From an uncultured cyanobacterium (lineage in GTDB: Bacteria; Cyanobacteriota; Cyanobacteriia; Cyanobacteriales; CAWUOF01), in contig CAVUSO010000001.1 in the NCBI GenBank assembly GCA_963744145.1, positions 1 through 64,000 of the forward strand: DNA of 64,000 bases. Direction: 5' to 3'. The translations under genes were made by a program, and so were the position numbers. The notes under the pieces are model-generated. The model was given only the letters and a program-made list of their open reading frames with translations, searched no databases and was not told the origin of the DNA. Positions 40,073-49,597 of this stretch are shown piece by piece. Position 1 is the stretch's first letter. Each line of letters begins with the position of its first letter.

Positions 40073-42637
40073 ATGACTACTAAAATCATTGCTATTTTCA
40101 AATCTATTCACGTTAATATTTGGCTAGGAATAATAACTTTTTTGTTAATTATAACAGTTTTTCCTGTAGCAGCAAAAAATTTGCCTTCCATCGAACCACA
40201 AGTACAAACTACTGGAAATTTATTAGAACAAGGTGTAACTTTAGATGAAAATGGACAATTCGCTGAAGCAATTAAAATTTGGCAACAAGCAGAGCAAAAC
40301 TATCAACAACAAGGTGATTATCTTAATCAAGCATTAAGCTTAAGCTATCTATCCTTAGCATATCAAGAATTAGGACAATGGGTTCAAGCACAGAAAGCGA
40401 TCGCTAGTTCTTTAGATTTACTAAAAAAAACATCTCACTTAGATACTCAGGGGATCGCAATTTTAGCAAGAGTTTTAAATAGTCAAGGTAATTTTGAACT
40501 AGCGATTGGACATGGAGAAGAAGCACTGAATATTTGGCAAGAAGCAGAGCAAAACTATCAGAAAGCTGGGGATAAATTGGGAGTATTAGGTAGTCAAATT
40601 AACCAAGCTCAAGCTCTGCAAAACTTAGGATTATATCGACGGGCAAGAACTAGATTAGAAACAATTAATCAACAGCTCCAAACTCAACCAGATTCAGAAT
40701 TAAAGGTGATTGGATTGCAAAGTTTGGGAGTAGCTTTACAAGTAGTAGGTGATTTAAAACAGTCGGAGAAAATCTTAAACCAAAGTTTATCAATTAGCTC
40801 CAAAAAAAATCAAAGTGCAATTTTATTTAGTTTGGGTAATACCGCACGAGGATTGCAAAAAATTGAAGTAGCAAAGCAATTATACGAACAAGCAGCTCAA
40901 ACAGCAAATACAGCGATTGGCAAATTAGAAGCACAATTGAATCTATTCAGCTTACTCATCGAAACTAAACTGGAAGTAGAGAGCGAAAACTTATTACCAA
41001 AAATCATTGCTGGATTAGAAGAAATATCTCCCAGTCGTGCTGGAATTTATGGAAGGGTGAATTTAGCAGAAAGTTTAATCAAGCTCCAAACATACCACCA
41101 AAATCTGACCAATAGCAATTTTGCTCCTCAGATAGCTAAAATTTTAGCAACGGGAATCGAACAAGCAAAAACCTTACATGATCAACGAGCTGAAGCTTAT
41201 GCAATCGGTGAGTTAGGACATCTGTATGAACAAAACCAACAGTGGTTAGATGCAGAAAAACTAACCGAAAAAGCATTAGGAATTGCCCAGGAAATTAACG
41301 CTTATGATATCACCGCTCGTTGGCAATGGCAACTAGGAAGAATTTTCAAACAAACCGGGAATATCCCAGCTGCGATCGCTGCTTATACTGAAGCAGTAAA
41401 AAACTTACAATCCCTCCGGAGTGATTTAGTTGCAATTAATCCCGATGTGCAATTTTCTTTTCGTGAAAGTGTCGAACCAGTTTATCGACAGCTAGTGGAA
41501 TTATTATTACAATCCAATCCGAGTCAAGCCAATCTCAAACAAGCAAGAGCAGTAATTGAAAGACTACAACTAGCTGAACTAGATAACTTCTTTCGGGAAG
41601 CTTGTTTAGCTGCTAAACCAGAGCAAATTGATAAATTTGATCCCCATGGAGCAATAATTTATCCGATTATCTTACCCGATCGCTTAGAAGTAATCGCATC
41701 TTTATATGGACAACCCCTGAAAAATTACCAAACCAGGTTAACGCAAACTGAAATAGAAACTACCCTCGAACAATTACTAGAATCCTTGAACCCAGCTTAT
41801 TCAAACTCAAAACGTCTCATGCTATCCCAGCAAGTGTATGATTGGTTAATTCGACCGATCGCAGCTGACTTAGAGACCAGTAAAATCAAAACCTTAGTAT
41901 TTGTACTTGATGGTGCTTTACGAAACTTACCAATGTCAGCTTTACATGATGGCAAACAATATTTAATTGAAAAATATAGTGTAGCCCTGAGTCAAGGTTT
42001 GCAATTACCAAAATCCCGATCGTTGGTGAAAGGAGAAATTAAAGCTTTAACCGCAGGATTAACTGAAGCTCGTCAAGGTTTTGCTGCACTACCAGGAGTC
42101 AAGAAAGAAATCAACCAAATTGCAGCCGAAGTGCCATCTCAAATCTTCTTAGATCGAGATTTTACCGCAAGCAAACTCCAAAACCTCCTCAAAACCACTA
42201 ATTTTCCCATCATTCACCTCGCAACCCACGGACAATTTAGCTCCCATGCAGAAAATACCTTTCTCCTGACCTGGGATGGACAAGTTAATGTGAAAGATTT
42301 TGATGAATTAATTCGCGCTCGCGGACAAACCGCTAGTAATCCCTTAGAATTATTAGTCTTAAGTGCTTGTCAAACCGCAACAGGTGATAAAAGAGCTGCT
42401 CTGGGGTTAGCTGGAGTAGCAGTGCGATCGGGAGCAAGGAGTACCATGGCAACATTATGGTCAGTCAAAGATGAATCGACAGCAAAACTGATGACGCACT
42501 TTTATCAACAGATCAATTTCCCCGGAGTCAGTAAAGCCGAAGCTTTGCGTCAAGCCCAACTGAATTTATTGCAACAAAATAAATATCAACATCCCTTTTA
42601 CTGGGCACCTTTTATTTTGGTGGGAAATTGGTTATAG
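40073..42637 (+). CDS. Signal-peptide TPR-CHAT protease with degenerate TPRs (paralog 5)
   Basis: Leader ending VAA|K; HLATHGQF, LVLSACQTA, HPFYWAPFILVGNWL. Confidence 0.93.
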   Translation: MTTKIIAIFKSIHVNIWLGIITFLLIITVFPVAAKNLPSIEPQVQTTGNLLEQGVTLDENGQFAEAIKIWQQAEQNYQQQGDYLNQALSLSYLSLAYQELGQWVQAQKAIASSLDLLKKTSHLDTQGIAILARVLNSQGNFELAIGHGEEALNIWQEAEQNYQKAGDKLGVLGSQINQAQALQNLGLYRRARTRLETINQQLQTQPDSELKVIGLQSLGVALQVVGDLKQSEKILNQSLSISSKKNQSAILFSLGNTARGLQKIEVAKQLYEQAAQTANTAIGKLEAQLNLFSLLIETKLEVESENLLPKIIAGLEEISPSRAGIYGRVNLAESLIKLQTYHQNLTNSNFAPQIAKILATGIEQAKTLHDQRAEAYAIGELGHLYEQNQQWLDAEKLTEKALGIAQEINAYDITARWQWQLGRIFKQTGNIPAAIAAYTEAVKNLQSLRSDLVAINPDVQFSFRESVEPVYRQLVELLLQSNPSQANLKQARAVIERLQLAELDNFFREACLAAKPEQIDKFDPHGAIIYPIILPDRLEVIASLYGQPLKNYQTRLTQTEIETTLEQLLESLNPAYSNSKRLMLSQQVYDWLIRPIAADLETSKIKTLVFVLDGALRNLPMSALHDGKQYLIEKYSVALSQGLQLPKSRSLVKGEIKALTAGLTEARQGFAALPGVKKEINQIAAEVPSQIFLDRDFTASKLQNLLKTTNFPIIHLATHGQFSSHAENTFLLTWDGQVNVKDFDELIRARGQTASNPLELLVLSACQTATGDKRAALGLAGVAVRSGARSTMATLWSVKDESTAKLMTHFYQQINFPGVSKAEALRQAQLNLLQQNKYQHPFYWAPFILVGNWL

Positions 42638-42756
42638 GAAACTTAATCCCAGATTTACAAAAAATTCATGAAATCTGGAAATGACAGGTTTACAATTGAA
42701 GAAGAAGTAAAGATAATTGTCATAGTAGGACGTTAAAAATAGCTAGGTTAACAATC

Positions 42757-43563
42757 ATGGGTAAAAATAAAAAACTTTCACCTTTCTCGATCTTGTCGAT
42801 TGCCTTATCCTTAGAACTAGCGATCGCCATAGGATTACCAATCCGGACTCTAGCACAGACAGGACCAGGACAAAATCAACCGTTAACTTTGAGTGCTGGG
42901 GTAACTTTTGACCCACCAGGAGATAGTAAACCTGATGATTCTGCGGGTGGAGCATCTCGTGATGGTGGTAGATGTGCAGATGATCCCAAAACTGCTGGAC
43001 CAGCACTTACTTCATTAATCCCCGTGACTAATCGAGGGTTAACCGTCGCGACCCATCCTACATTCTTTGTTTATGTTCCAGCAACTTCAGCAACAGAAGG
43101 ATTTCTCAGCATTGAGGATGAAAATAACCCGCAACAACAGTATCAGACTAATATCCCCCTGACTGGTCAAGCTGGTGTAATCGGTGTACCCTTACCAGAT
43201 AATGCCCCAGTCTTAGAAGTAGGTAAAACTTATAAATGGTCTTTTGTGATCAAATGTGGAGGTGTCCTCAGACCTGATAGTCCTCTGGTGGAAGGAAAAG
43301 TTCAGAGAGTGGAAGTATCTGATCTTCCTCGTGTGGAAGGACAAATTCAGAGAGTAGAAGCAGCAGACCTCAGTAATCAGTCCCCGCTAGAACGAGCATC
43401 AGTCTACGGTAAGAAGGGAATTTGGTACGATACTTTAGCTAATTTAGCGATCGCTCGTCGCGATCGACCTGATGATGCTAGCTTAAAAGACGCTTGGACC
43501 CAACTGCTCCAATCCAAATCCGTTGGACTTGATGCGATCGCCACTCAACCACTCTCTAAATAA
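42757..43563 (+). CDS. DUF928 family secreted protein
   Basis: FDPPG...GGASRDGGRC, HPTFFVYVP, YKWSFVI, GIWYDTL. Confidence 0.9.
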   Translation: MGKNKKLSPFSILSIALSLELAIAIGLPIRTLAQTGPGQNQPLTLSAGVTFDPPGDSKPDDSAGGASRDGGRCADDPKTAGPALTSLIPVTNRGLTVATHPTFFVYVPATSATEGFLSIEDENNPQQQYQTNIPLTGQAGVIGVPLPDNAPVLEVGKTYKWSFVIKCGGVLRPDSPLVEGKVQRVEVSDLPRVEGQIQRVEAADLSNQSPLERASVYGKKGIWYDTLANLAIARRDRPDDASLKDAWTQLLQSKSVGLDAIATQPLSK

Positions 43564-43672
43564 TTCTAGTCTTAATAATTGGAAGCATTTTGCTGGTTTA
43601 TGTAGTGCTAGTGAGCAAGATCCTCGCAGTACAATAGCCAGCAATATATTTTTTCTCCTGTGCGAAAATAAT

Positions 43673-44812
43673 TTAGCCTCCCATTCCGGGAATGATGTTT
43701 TTAGTCAGAAATTTAATCGCTTTATTAGCGACATCGCTATAACGCAATTCTCCACATAAAATTTGCCCCATCCGATCAGTAGCGACGGGTCGTTTAATTG
43801 CGACTTTATAAGCAATCCCAGGAATCCGATAAAACACAGCAGCTAAACGTTGAGCCCAAACCATGTCCACACTCCATTCTTGATTCATTACTTCGGTATA
43901 TCTCTCCAAAGCATTTAGATCTCCACTCAGAGCATGGTCAATTGCGTCTGTTGCTTTTAAAGCACTAAAGATCGAGGGACGAATTCCTTCCGCAGTCATC
44001 GGATCGACTACACAAGCAGCTTCTCCTGCTAAAACTGCATTTTGAGTATGCAATTTTTGATTACCATCCCAGAAACATAAGGGATGTCCATATTGCTTGG
44101 TGTGGTTGAGATCAATCCCAAACTGAGTCGCATAATTAGCTAATTGCTGTTTTAAATCTTGGGATTTACCTTCACTACCGCGAAAAACCCCTGCTCCAAT
44201 TGAATAACCATCAGCTTTAGGAAAGTTCCATACATAGCCATTTTTGACTAATCCAAACTCAAAATGAGCTTTATGACCATCTTCTACTGGGTTAGATGAT
44301 TCTGCTTCTAAAGCTCCTCCCAAAAAGCGCTTACGTTCTTTAAAACCTAGCAATTTAGCCATTGGACCTTTAGCCCCATCAGCAGCAATGATATAGCGAC
44401 CGGCAATCGGACCATTATTGGTATTGACTTGCCAATGATTGCTCTTATATTCTACTCCAATAACTTCGGTATTATCTTTTACTTCTGCCCCTAATTTTTG
44501 TCCCTGTTGAATCAGAAAGTAGTCAAAAATATCTCTTCTGACCATCCAGATTGGTTCTTTGGTTTTTAGTTCTACTTCTACTGGATCGCCCATTTTCCAG
44601 GTATAGCGTACTGTATTGACCTTTAAGGAAATTGCTGGTGAGAAATCAAAATCAAACCATTCAGCAATTACAGGTGATACACCACCACCACAGGGTTTAT
44701 ATCGAGGTAGAGATTCTTTTTCTAACACTAAAACCGCACGTCCCCGTTTTGCTAAGTGATAAGCTGCGGTTCCTCCGGCTGGACCAGCACCAACAATAAT
44801 ACAGTCAAACAT
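43673..44812 (-). CDS. Geranylgeranyl reductase family FAD oxidoreductase
   Basis: IVGAGPAG, PRYKPCGGG, AGEAA..VDP..AEGI. Confidence 0.92.
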   Translation of the reverse strand: MFDCIIVGAGPAGGTAAYHLAKRGRAVLVLEKESLPRYKPCGGGVSPVIAEWFDFDFSPAISLKVNTVRYTWKMGDPVEVELKTKEPIWMVRRDIFDYFLIQQGQKLGAEVKDNTEVIGVEYKSNHWQVNTNNGPIAGRYIIAADGAKGPMAKLLGFKERKRFLGGALEAESSNPVEDGHKAHFEFGLVKNGYVWNFPKADGYSIGAGVFRGSEGKSQDLKQQLANYATQFGIDLNHTKQYGHPLCFWDGNQKLHTQNAVLAGEAACVVDPMTAEGIRPSIFSALKATDAIDHALSGDLNALERYTEVMNQEWSVDMVWAQRLAAVFYRIPGIAYKVAIKRPVATDRMGQILCGELRYSDVANKAIKFLTKNIIPGMGG

Positions 44813-45130
44813 AGTCGCTAAATCTTGCTCCTAAATTAGTTGATAAACTGGCATGATTTTAACTGTTTTATTATTCTTTTTCTATTTTTTACTCTGAATT
44901 TATCTAGGATTTAAAATCCTTTCTATTTCCCTGCTCTAATCAGAATTAAGAAACCATCACAATTCCATCTAGCTGTTTGTAGTGAAAACTTTAATTTCTA
45001 TGGACAAATTAAAACTAAAATCCTCACTACAAACTGGTTTGCTTGCTGATCTGTCTAACTATTTTCCAAATTATCTCAAAGATAGAGTTACTGGGAAAAC
45101 AAGTTTAGTCTGATTTACTATTTTGGGATT

Positions 45131-45679
45131 TTAGACAGTCATAATGTCTTTTTCTTTTTCAGCTAATAATTCATCAATTTTAGCAGTGTATTTGTTGGTT
45201 AGTTTTTGCAGTTTATCTTGCTGATCCCGTGCTTCATCTTCGGAAATTTCGGCACTTTTTTCCTCTTTGCGGATTGTATCTAAACTGTCACGACGGATAT
45301 TCCGAATGGAAACTTTGCCTTCTTCAGCATATTTGGCCACAATTTTTCCTAACTCTTTGCGCCGATCGCTAGTTAAAGGGGGAATATTTAAACGGATAAT
45401 TGCACCATCGTTACTTGGTGTAAGCCCAACATCGGACAAGGAAATTGCCTTTTCAATTATATTCAAACTTTGGCGATCGTAAGGTTGAATGGTAATCGTG
45501 CTAGCATCTGGGGTACTAATATTTGCTAGAGCTTTGAGAGCAGTTGGAACACCATAGTAGTCTACCAATACCTTATCAAGTAGGGAAGCATTGGCCCGAC
45601 CTGTGCGAACGGTATTGAAAGCCCTTTGGGTAGCCTCAACGGCTTTTTGCATAGTAGATTCAATTTCAGCTAATTTCAC
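45131..45679 (-). CDS. frr: Ribosome recycling factor
   Basis: RTGRAN...IRNIRRD; GTG start at 45679 after GGAGG; downstream of pyrH. Confidence 0.97.
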   Translation of the reverse strand: MKLAEIESTMQKAVEATQRAFNTVRTGRANASLLDKVLVDYYGVPTALKALANISTPDASTITIQPYDRQSLNIIEKAISLSDVGLTPSNDGAIIRLNIPPLTSDRRKELGKIVAKYAEEGKVSIRNIRRDSLDTIRKEEKSAEISEDEARDQQDKLQKLTNKYTAKIDELLAEKEKDIMTV

Positions 45680-46394
45680 AGAAACCTCCCACAAGGGTTC
45701 CTACAGATTCTCCCAACACGGCACGACGGATATTTCCGGATACCGCTAGGTCAAATACAATGATAGGGATGTTGTTATCTTTACAAAGGGCGATCGCCGT
45801 GCTATCCATCACCTGTAATTCTTGGGTCAAAACATGACCATAGGTGAGGGTTTGATAACGACGAGCCTGGGGATTGAGGTGGGGATCGGAGTCATAAACC
45901 CCATCTACTTTAGTTGCTTTAAAAATGATATTGGCATCAATTTCTGCCGCTCTGAGGGCCGCAGTGGTATCAGTGGTAAAGAATGGATTACCAGAACCAG
46001 CTCCAAAAATCACGACTCGACCTTTTTCCAGATGGCGAATCGCCCGACGCCTGATATAGGGTTCGGCCACTTCTTGCATGGCGATCGCGGTTTGGACCCG
46101 AGTGGGGACTCCGATTTGTTCGAGCCGATCTTGCAAGGTGAGGGCATTCATTACGGTGGCAATCATGCCAATATAATCGGCGGTAGCCCGATCCATTCCA
46201 CCAGCGGCACCTTTAACACCACGAAAGATGTTACCACCACCTACTACTATGGCGATCTGGACTCCACTAGCAGCCACTTCCGCTACTTCTTGAGCGATTT
46301 CCTGAACTACTACTGGATCGATGCCGTAGGTCAGTTTGCCCATCAGGGCTTCACCACTCAGTTTTAGCAAAACCCGTTGGTAAACCATACCCAT
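45666..46394 (-). CDS. pyrH: UMP kinase
   Basis: [26 protein letters not shown]. Confidence 0.98.
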   Translation of the reverse strand: MGMVYQRVLLKLSGEALMGKLTYGIDPVVVQEIAQEVAEVAASGVQIAIVVGGGNIFRGVKGAAGGMDRATADYIGMIATVMNALTLQDRLEQIGVPTRVQTAIAMQEVAEPYIRRRAIRHLEKGRVVIFGAGSGNPFFTTDTTAALRAAEIDANIIFKATKVDGVYDSDPHLNPQARRYQTLTYGHVLTQELQVMDSTAIALCKDNNIPIIVFDLAVSGNIRRAVLGESVGTLVGGFCEIS

Positions 46395-46459
46395 CGCTTG
46401 ATTATGTTCTGAATAGAAATCGTTTCCAACTTAACATAGCACTTGTCATTGGTGATTAA

Positions 46460-46999
46460 TTATTGTCGCCATTTTAATGAACAGCCAATCGCTGGGGTAT
46501 TTTCATTGGCGATCGCATCTCCTCGGAGGGTTTGGGTGATTGCGTTGCCCAGATAAGGAACTTTGACCAATTCTGGATTTTGACAATTATCATCCACACC
46601 ACCGTTGTAGCGCAGTATGCCCATATGATCTAATAAAAATATTTCTGGGGTGGTGGAAGCGCCAAACGTTCGGGCTACATCTTGAGTAACATCACGTAGA
46701 TAGGGAAAGTTGAGCTGATGGGTTTGAGCAAATATTTTCATGTTCTCAAAGCTGTCATCGGGATAACGGGTAGCGTCATTAGGATTAATCCCAATTAAGG
46801 TAAAGCCTTGATCTTGAAAATCGGTCTGAATTTTTTTCAGCCGTTCTAAATACTTTTGCACGTAAGGACAGTGATTGCACATAAAAACCACGCCCACAGC
46901 CCGATTTTTTTCCAAGTAGCGAGCCAGATGGTGAACTTGATCGTCAACACCGGGCAATTCAAAATCTGGGGCATAACTGCCAAGGAGTATATCTGACAT
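46460..46999 (-). CDS. Thioredoxin-family (redoxin/AhpC-TSA) protein
   Basis: APDFELP, CNHCPYV, IGCSLKW. Confidence 0.92.
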   Translation of the reverse strand: MSDILLGSYAPDFELPGVDDQVHHLARYLEKNRAVGVVFMCNHCPYVQKYLERLKKIQTDFQDQGFTLIGINPNDATRYPDDSFENMKIFAQTHQLNFPYLRDVTQDVARTFGASTTPEIFLLDHMGILRYNGGVDDNCQNPELVKVPYLGNAITQTLRGDAIANENTPAIGCSLKWRQ

Positions 47000-47066
47000 T
47001 GTGATGATGTTCCTGAATACCTGCTACTAATTATCTTGTAAGCAAAGGATATGTTTTGATCGATCT

Positions 47067-47978
47067 TTACCAACCTTGAGCTTCAGCTTGATAGCCAATT
47101 AATTTATAAGCAAGTTTAGCCGCAGTAAATTCGGAAACTACTGCATCTGTAACTGGTGCTAGTTCCATGATATCGCTACCAATTACTTGATATTCTGTGA
47201 ATAATTTTTTTAAGAACGTCATGAATGAATACCAGTTTAAGCCTCCTGGTTCTGGAGTTCCTACCCCAGGAATGAGCGTTGGATCAAGTCCATCTAGATC
47301 AATGGTCAGAAATACTTTTTTGGTCTTAATTGCGGCGATCGCTTGAGCAATCCAATCTGTGTGCATCGCGATATCTCTGGCTCGAAATACGGTGAGGTTT
47401 TGTGCTTTAATGAGGTCAGCTTCTTCTTTACAGATGCTGCGAATCCCAATTTGGATGGTCGGTAAACCTAAATCTAAAATGCGACGCATGACACAAGCAT
47501 GGTTATGGATTGAACCTTGATACTCCTGACGCAAATCTCCGTGAGCATCAATTTGAATCACGGTAAAAAGTTCGTCTGGAAATGCTTTTTTATATGCTGC
47601 TACTACTCCTTCGGTAATACTGTGTTCTCCTCCTAATGAGATCACAAATTTGCCATCTGCGACAAATTCATAGACTGTCTTAGTGGTAATTTCCAGCATT
47701 GCTTCAGCCGAAACTGGTGTTTGATTACGAGTATCAGCGATCGATGTATGTGTATAAATACCTATATCGTAACATACTTCCCGGTCTAATTCTTCATCAT
47801 AGTATTCCACTTGATGAGAAGCAGTTAAGATGGCATCTGGACCATTTTCGCAACCCCGTCGATAGGTGGTAGTAGCTTCGTAAGGAATCGGTAAAATGAC
47901 CACCTGAGCGCGATCGTAGGTCGAGGTGACCTCTTCTCCGAGGTATGGCAGCAGATTAGTTACGGTTGGTACAGACAT
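47067..47978 (-). CDS. speB: Agmatinase
   Basis: GGEHS, DAHGD, DLDGLDP, GTPEPGG ureohydrolase motifs. Confidence 0.93.
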   Translation of the reverse strand: MSVPTVTNLLPYLGEEVTSTYDRAQVVILPIPYEATTTYRRGCENGPDAILTASHQVEYYDEELDREVCYDIGIYTHTSIADTRNQTPVSAEAMLEITTKTVYEFVADGKFVISLGGEHSITEGVVAAYKKAFPDELFTVIQIDAHGDLRQEYQGSIHNHACVMRRILDLGLPTIQIGIRSICKEEADLIKAQNLTVFRARDIAMHTDWIAQAIAAIKTKKVFLTIDLDGLDPTLIPGVGTPEPGGLNWYSFMTFLKKLFTEYQVIGSDIMELAPVTDAVVSEFTAAKLAYKLIGYQAEAQGW

Positions 47979-48099
47979 AGTAAAAAATTAGATAAAGTCA
48001 CCTTATTTATAGTGACATATTTAGCGTTTCTAGCACTAACTAAAAAAACACAAAATTAGCGCCAGTCAGATTGCTCTATGAGAGCTTCTTAGATTTTGG

Positions 48100-48351
48100 C
48101 GATCGCTAGCAAGACTAATCATTTGCCAGAAGTCTGAGTTCATTAGGGTGACCAAGAGCGAATTAGATTCCATTGAATTTGAGTTAGCTAATATTGACCA
48201 AAAGCACCAGCGAGATTTGCAGAAATATCAGCAAACCGACGGTGATTTGAGCGAGATTTTTCCACCCAATCCAGGCGCTCACTGCCGTTTTTGCCCATTT
48301 AACTCCATCTGCGAGTTTTCTGTTGTTAGACCTCGTTTAACACCTATTTAG
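48100..48351 (+). pseudogene. C-terminal fragment of a PD-(D/E)xK (RecB/Cas4-like) nuclease
   Basis: PNPGAHCRFCPFNSIC cysteine cluster with no N-terminal catalytic part. Confidence 0.6.
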
Positions 48352-48369
48352 CGACCTGTTCCATGACCT

Positions 48370-49182
48370 TCAAGGTGCGTTCGCCACGGCGCAACTGTGG
48401 TCGAGCAGCTCTTCCCCACTCCCCCTGTCGCCATGCTCCCAGTTGGCCATATCAGCCAGAAGAATAAACCCCTCGCTGCCGTTCTCGAATTTCATTCCTG
48501 TGATGACGAGCGTCTGGGTTCGCATATTATTTTGCGCCTCATGCTCCTGTGCTAGAAGGAGAAACGGATTGACGTTTCTCAGATCCTTCGAGTAGATCCG
48601 CCGTCCTCGGTAGGTATGCCCGTTCAGCTTGATTGGCAGCGCCGCCCAATCTGTGCCGATGGCACTTAAGTGTTCGAGCAGCGCCAAGCGCGTCTCGGGC
48701 GAGATGCAGTCGATATGGATATGCAGTTGGTTCTGGCTGCGCCCGTAAGCTGAATTGACTGCTAGAGCGGTCTCATCGCGCCGCAGCTTGCGCCGCAGAT
48801 GCTGTGACATCAGATCGCGTGCCTCCCAGGCATATCTCCAGTATTCGGGTGCGTTTTTCTCCAGCAGAACTGGGCTCTCGATCCCGGAAATGGCAGCGGT
48901 TGGAAGCAGCAAATATTGGGCCACGCCTACTTTGTCTTTGAGAAGCGCGTAGCCGTCCTTCAGATCAACGCTGACGCAAGGCGCGGGATTACCGCTATGT
49001 TCCTGACCGGAAACACAGCGGTCATGTACGATATGCCACAACACGTCGCTTTTAACTTCCATCCCCATAGAGCCCGCGCAGTCTACGAGTAACACCATAG
49101 ATAAGGCGATGCCAAAGGCGTTGCGCGGAGCGCAGATCGCTAGATTTCTGATCCAATGCTTAACCATTTTTGTTTTTTTCAA
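48370..49182 (-). CDS. cdh: CDP-diacylglycerol pyrophosphatase
   Basis: LWHIVHDRC, QYLLLPT..ISGIES, AVNSAYGRSQNQLHIHIDC, GSGEELLDHSC. Start uncertain (possibly 49098). Confidence 0.9.
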   Translation of the reverse strand: MKKTKMVKHWIRNLAICAPRNAFGIALSMVLLVDCAGSMGMEVKSDVLWHIVHDRCVSGQEHSGNPAPCVSVDLKDGYALLKDKVGVAQYLLLPTAAISGIESPVLLEKNAPEYWRYAWEARDLMSQHLRRKLRRDETALAVNSAYGRSQNQLHIHIDCISPETRLALLEHLSAIGTDWAALPIKLNGHTYRGRRIYSKDLRNVNPFLLLAQEHEAQNNMRTQTLVITGMKFENGSEGFILLADMANWEHGDRGSGEELLDHSCAVANAP

Positions 49183-49263
49183 AAGTACAATAAATCAGTA
49201 TGAATCTCTTGATAGGGGATGCTCCCGTTTCCAACGGGTTAAAAGCAAAAACTAAGATTGCTT

Positions 49264-49476
49264 TTATTCCATCAGATTATCTGTGGTCGGTTCACCAGGA
49301 TAAAAGCGATCGCTCAAAATTTCTTCTAACAAATATGGACAATTTTCTGGAAAGGTTTTTCGTGGCAGATTTGTTTCTCCTGAAGCTAAGGCCATTCCTC
49401 TACTGTAAGCTGTTTGGAGAGCTTCTTGTAGGTAAGGTTTGAGACTAGGATTTTCTTTGAGCAACTCTAATATATC
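49264..49476 (-). pseudogene. DUF29 family C-terminal remnant
   Basis: LLKENPSLKPYL...ETNLP..TFPENCPY; the 5' part is cut by the element starting at 49477. Confidence 0.8.
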
Positions 49477-49597
49477 GGTTCTCCCGTACTTATGGTGATT
49501 AGTAAAAATTATTGAATTTCCTTATGCTTACTACATCAGCTTTCCCCCTGCTCCCTATCCCCCTTTCCCTGCCGAAAAACGGGATTTTCCACTACAA

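Noticed and set aside
45822-46367. 181-aa plus-strand ORF
   Set aside because: Antisense shadow of pyrH. Other short antisense or off-frame ORFs inside the CHAT, hemagglutinin, IS and RTX genes were rejected likewise.
48148-48351. Cas4 / CRISPR adaptation gene
   Set aside because: Only a C-terminal Cys-cluster fragment shared by many RecB-like nucleases, with no CRISPR context.
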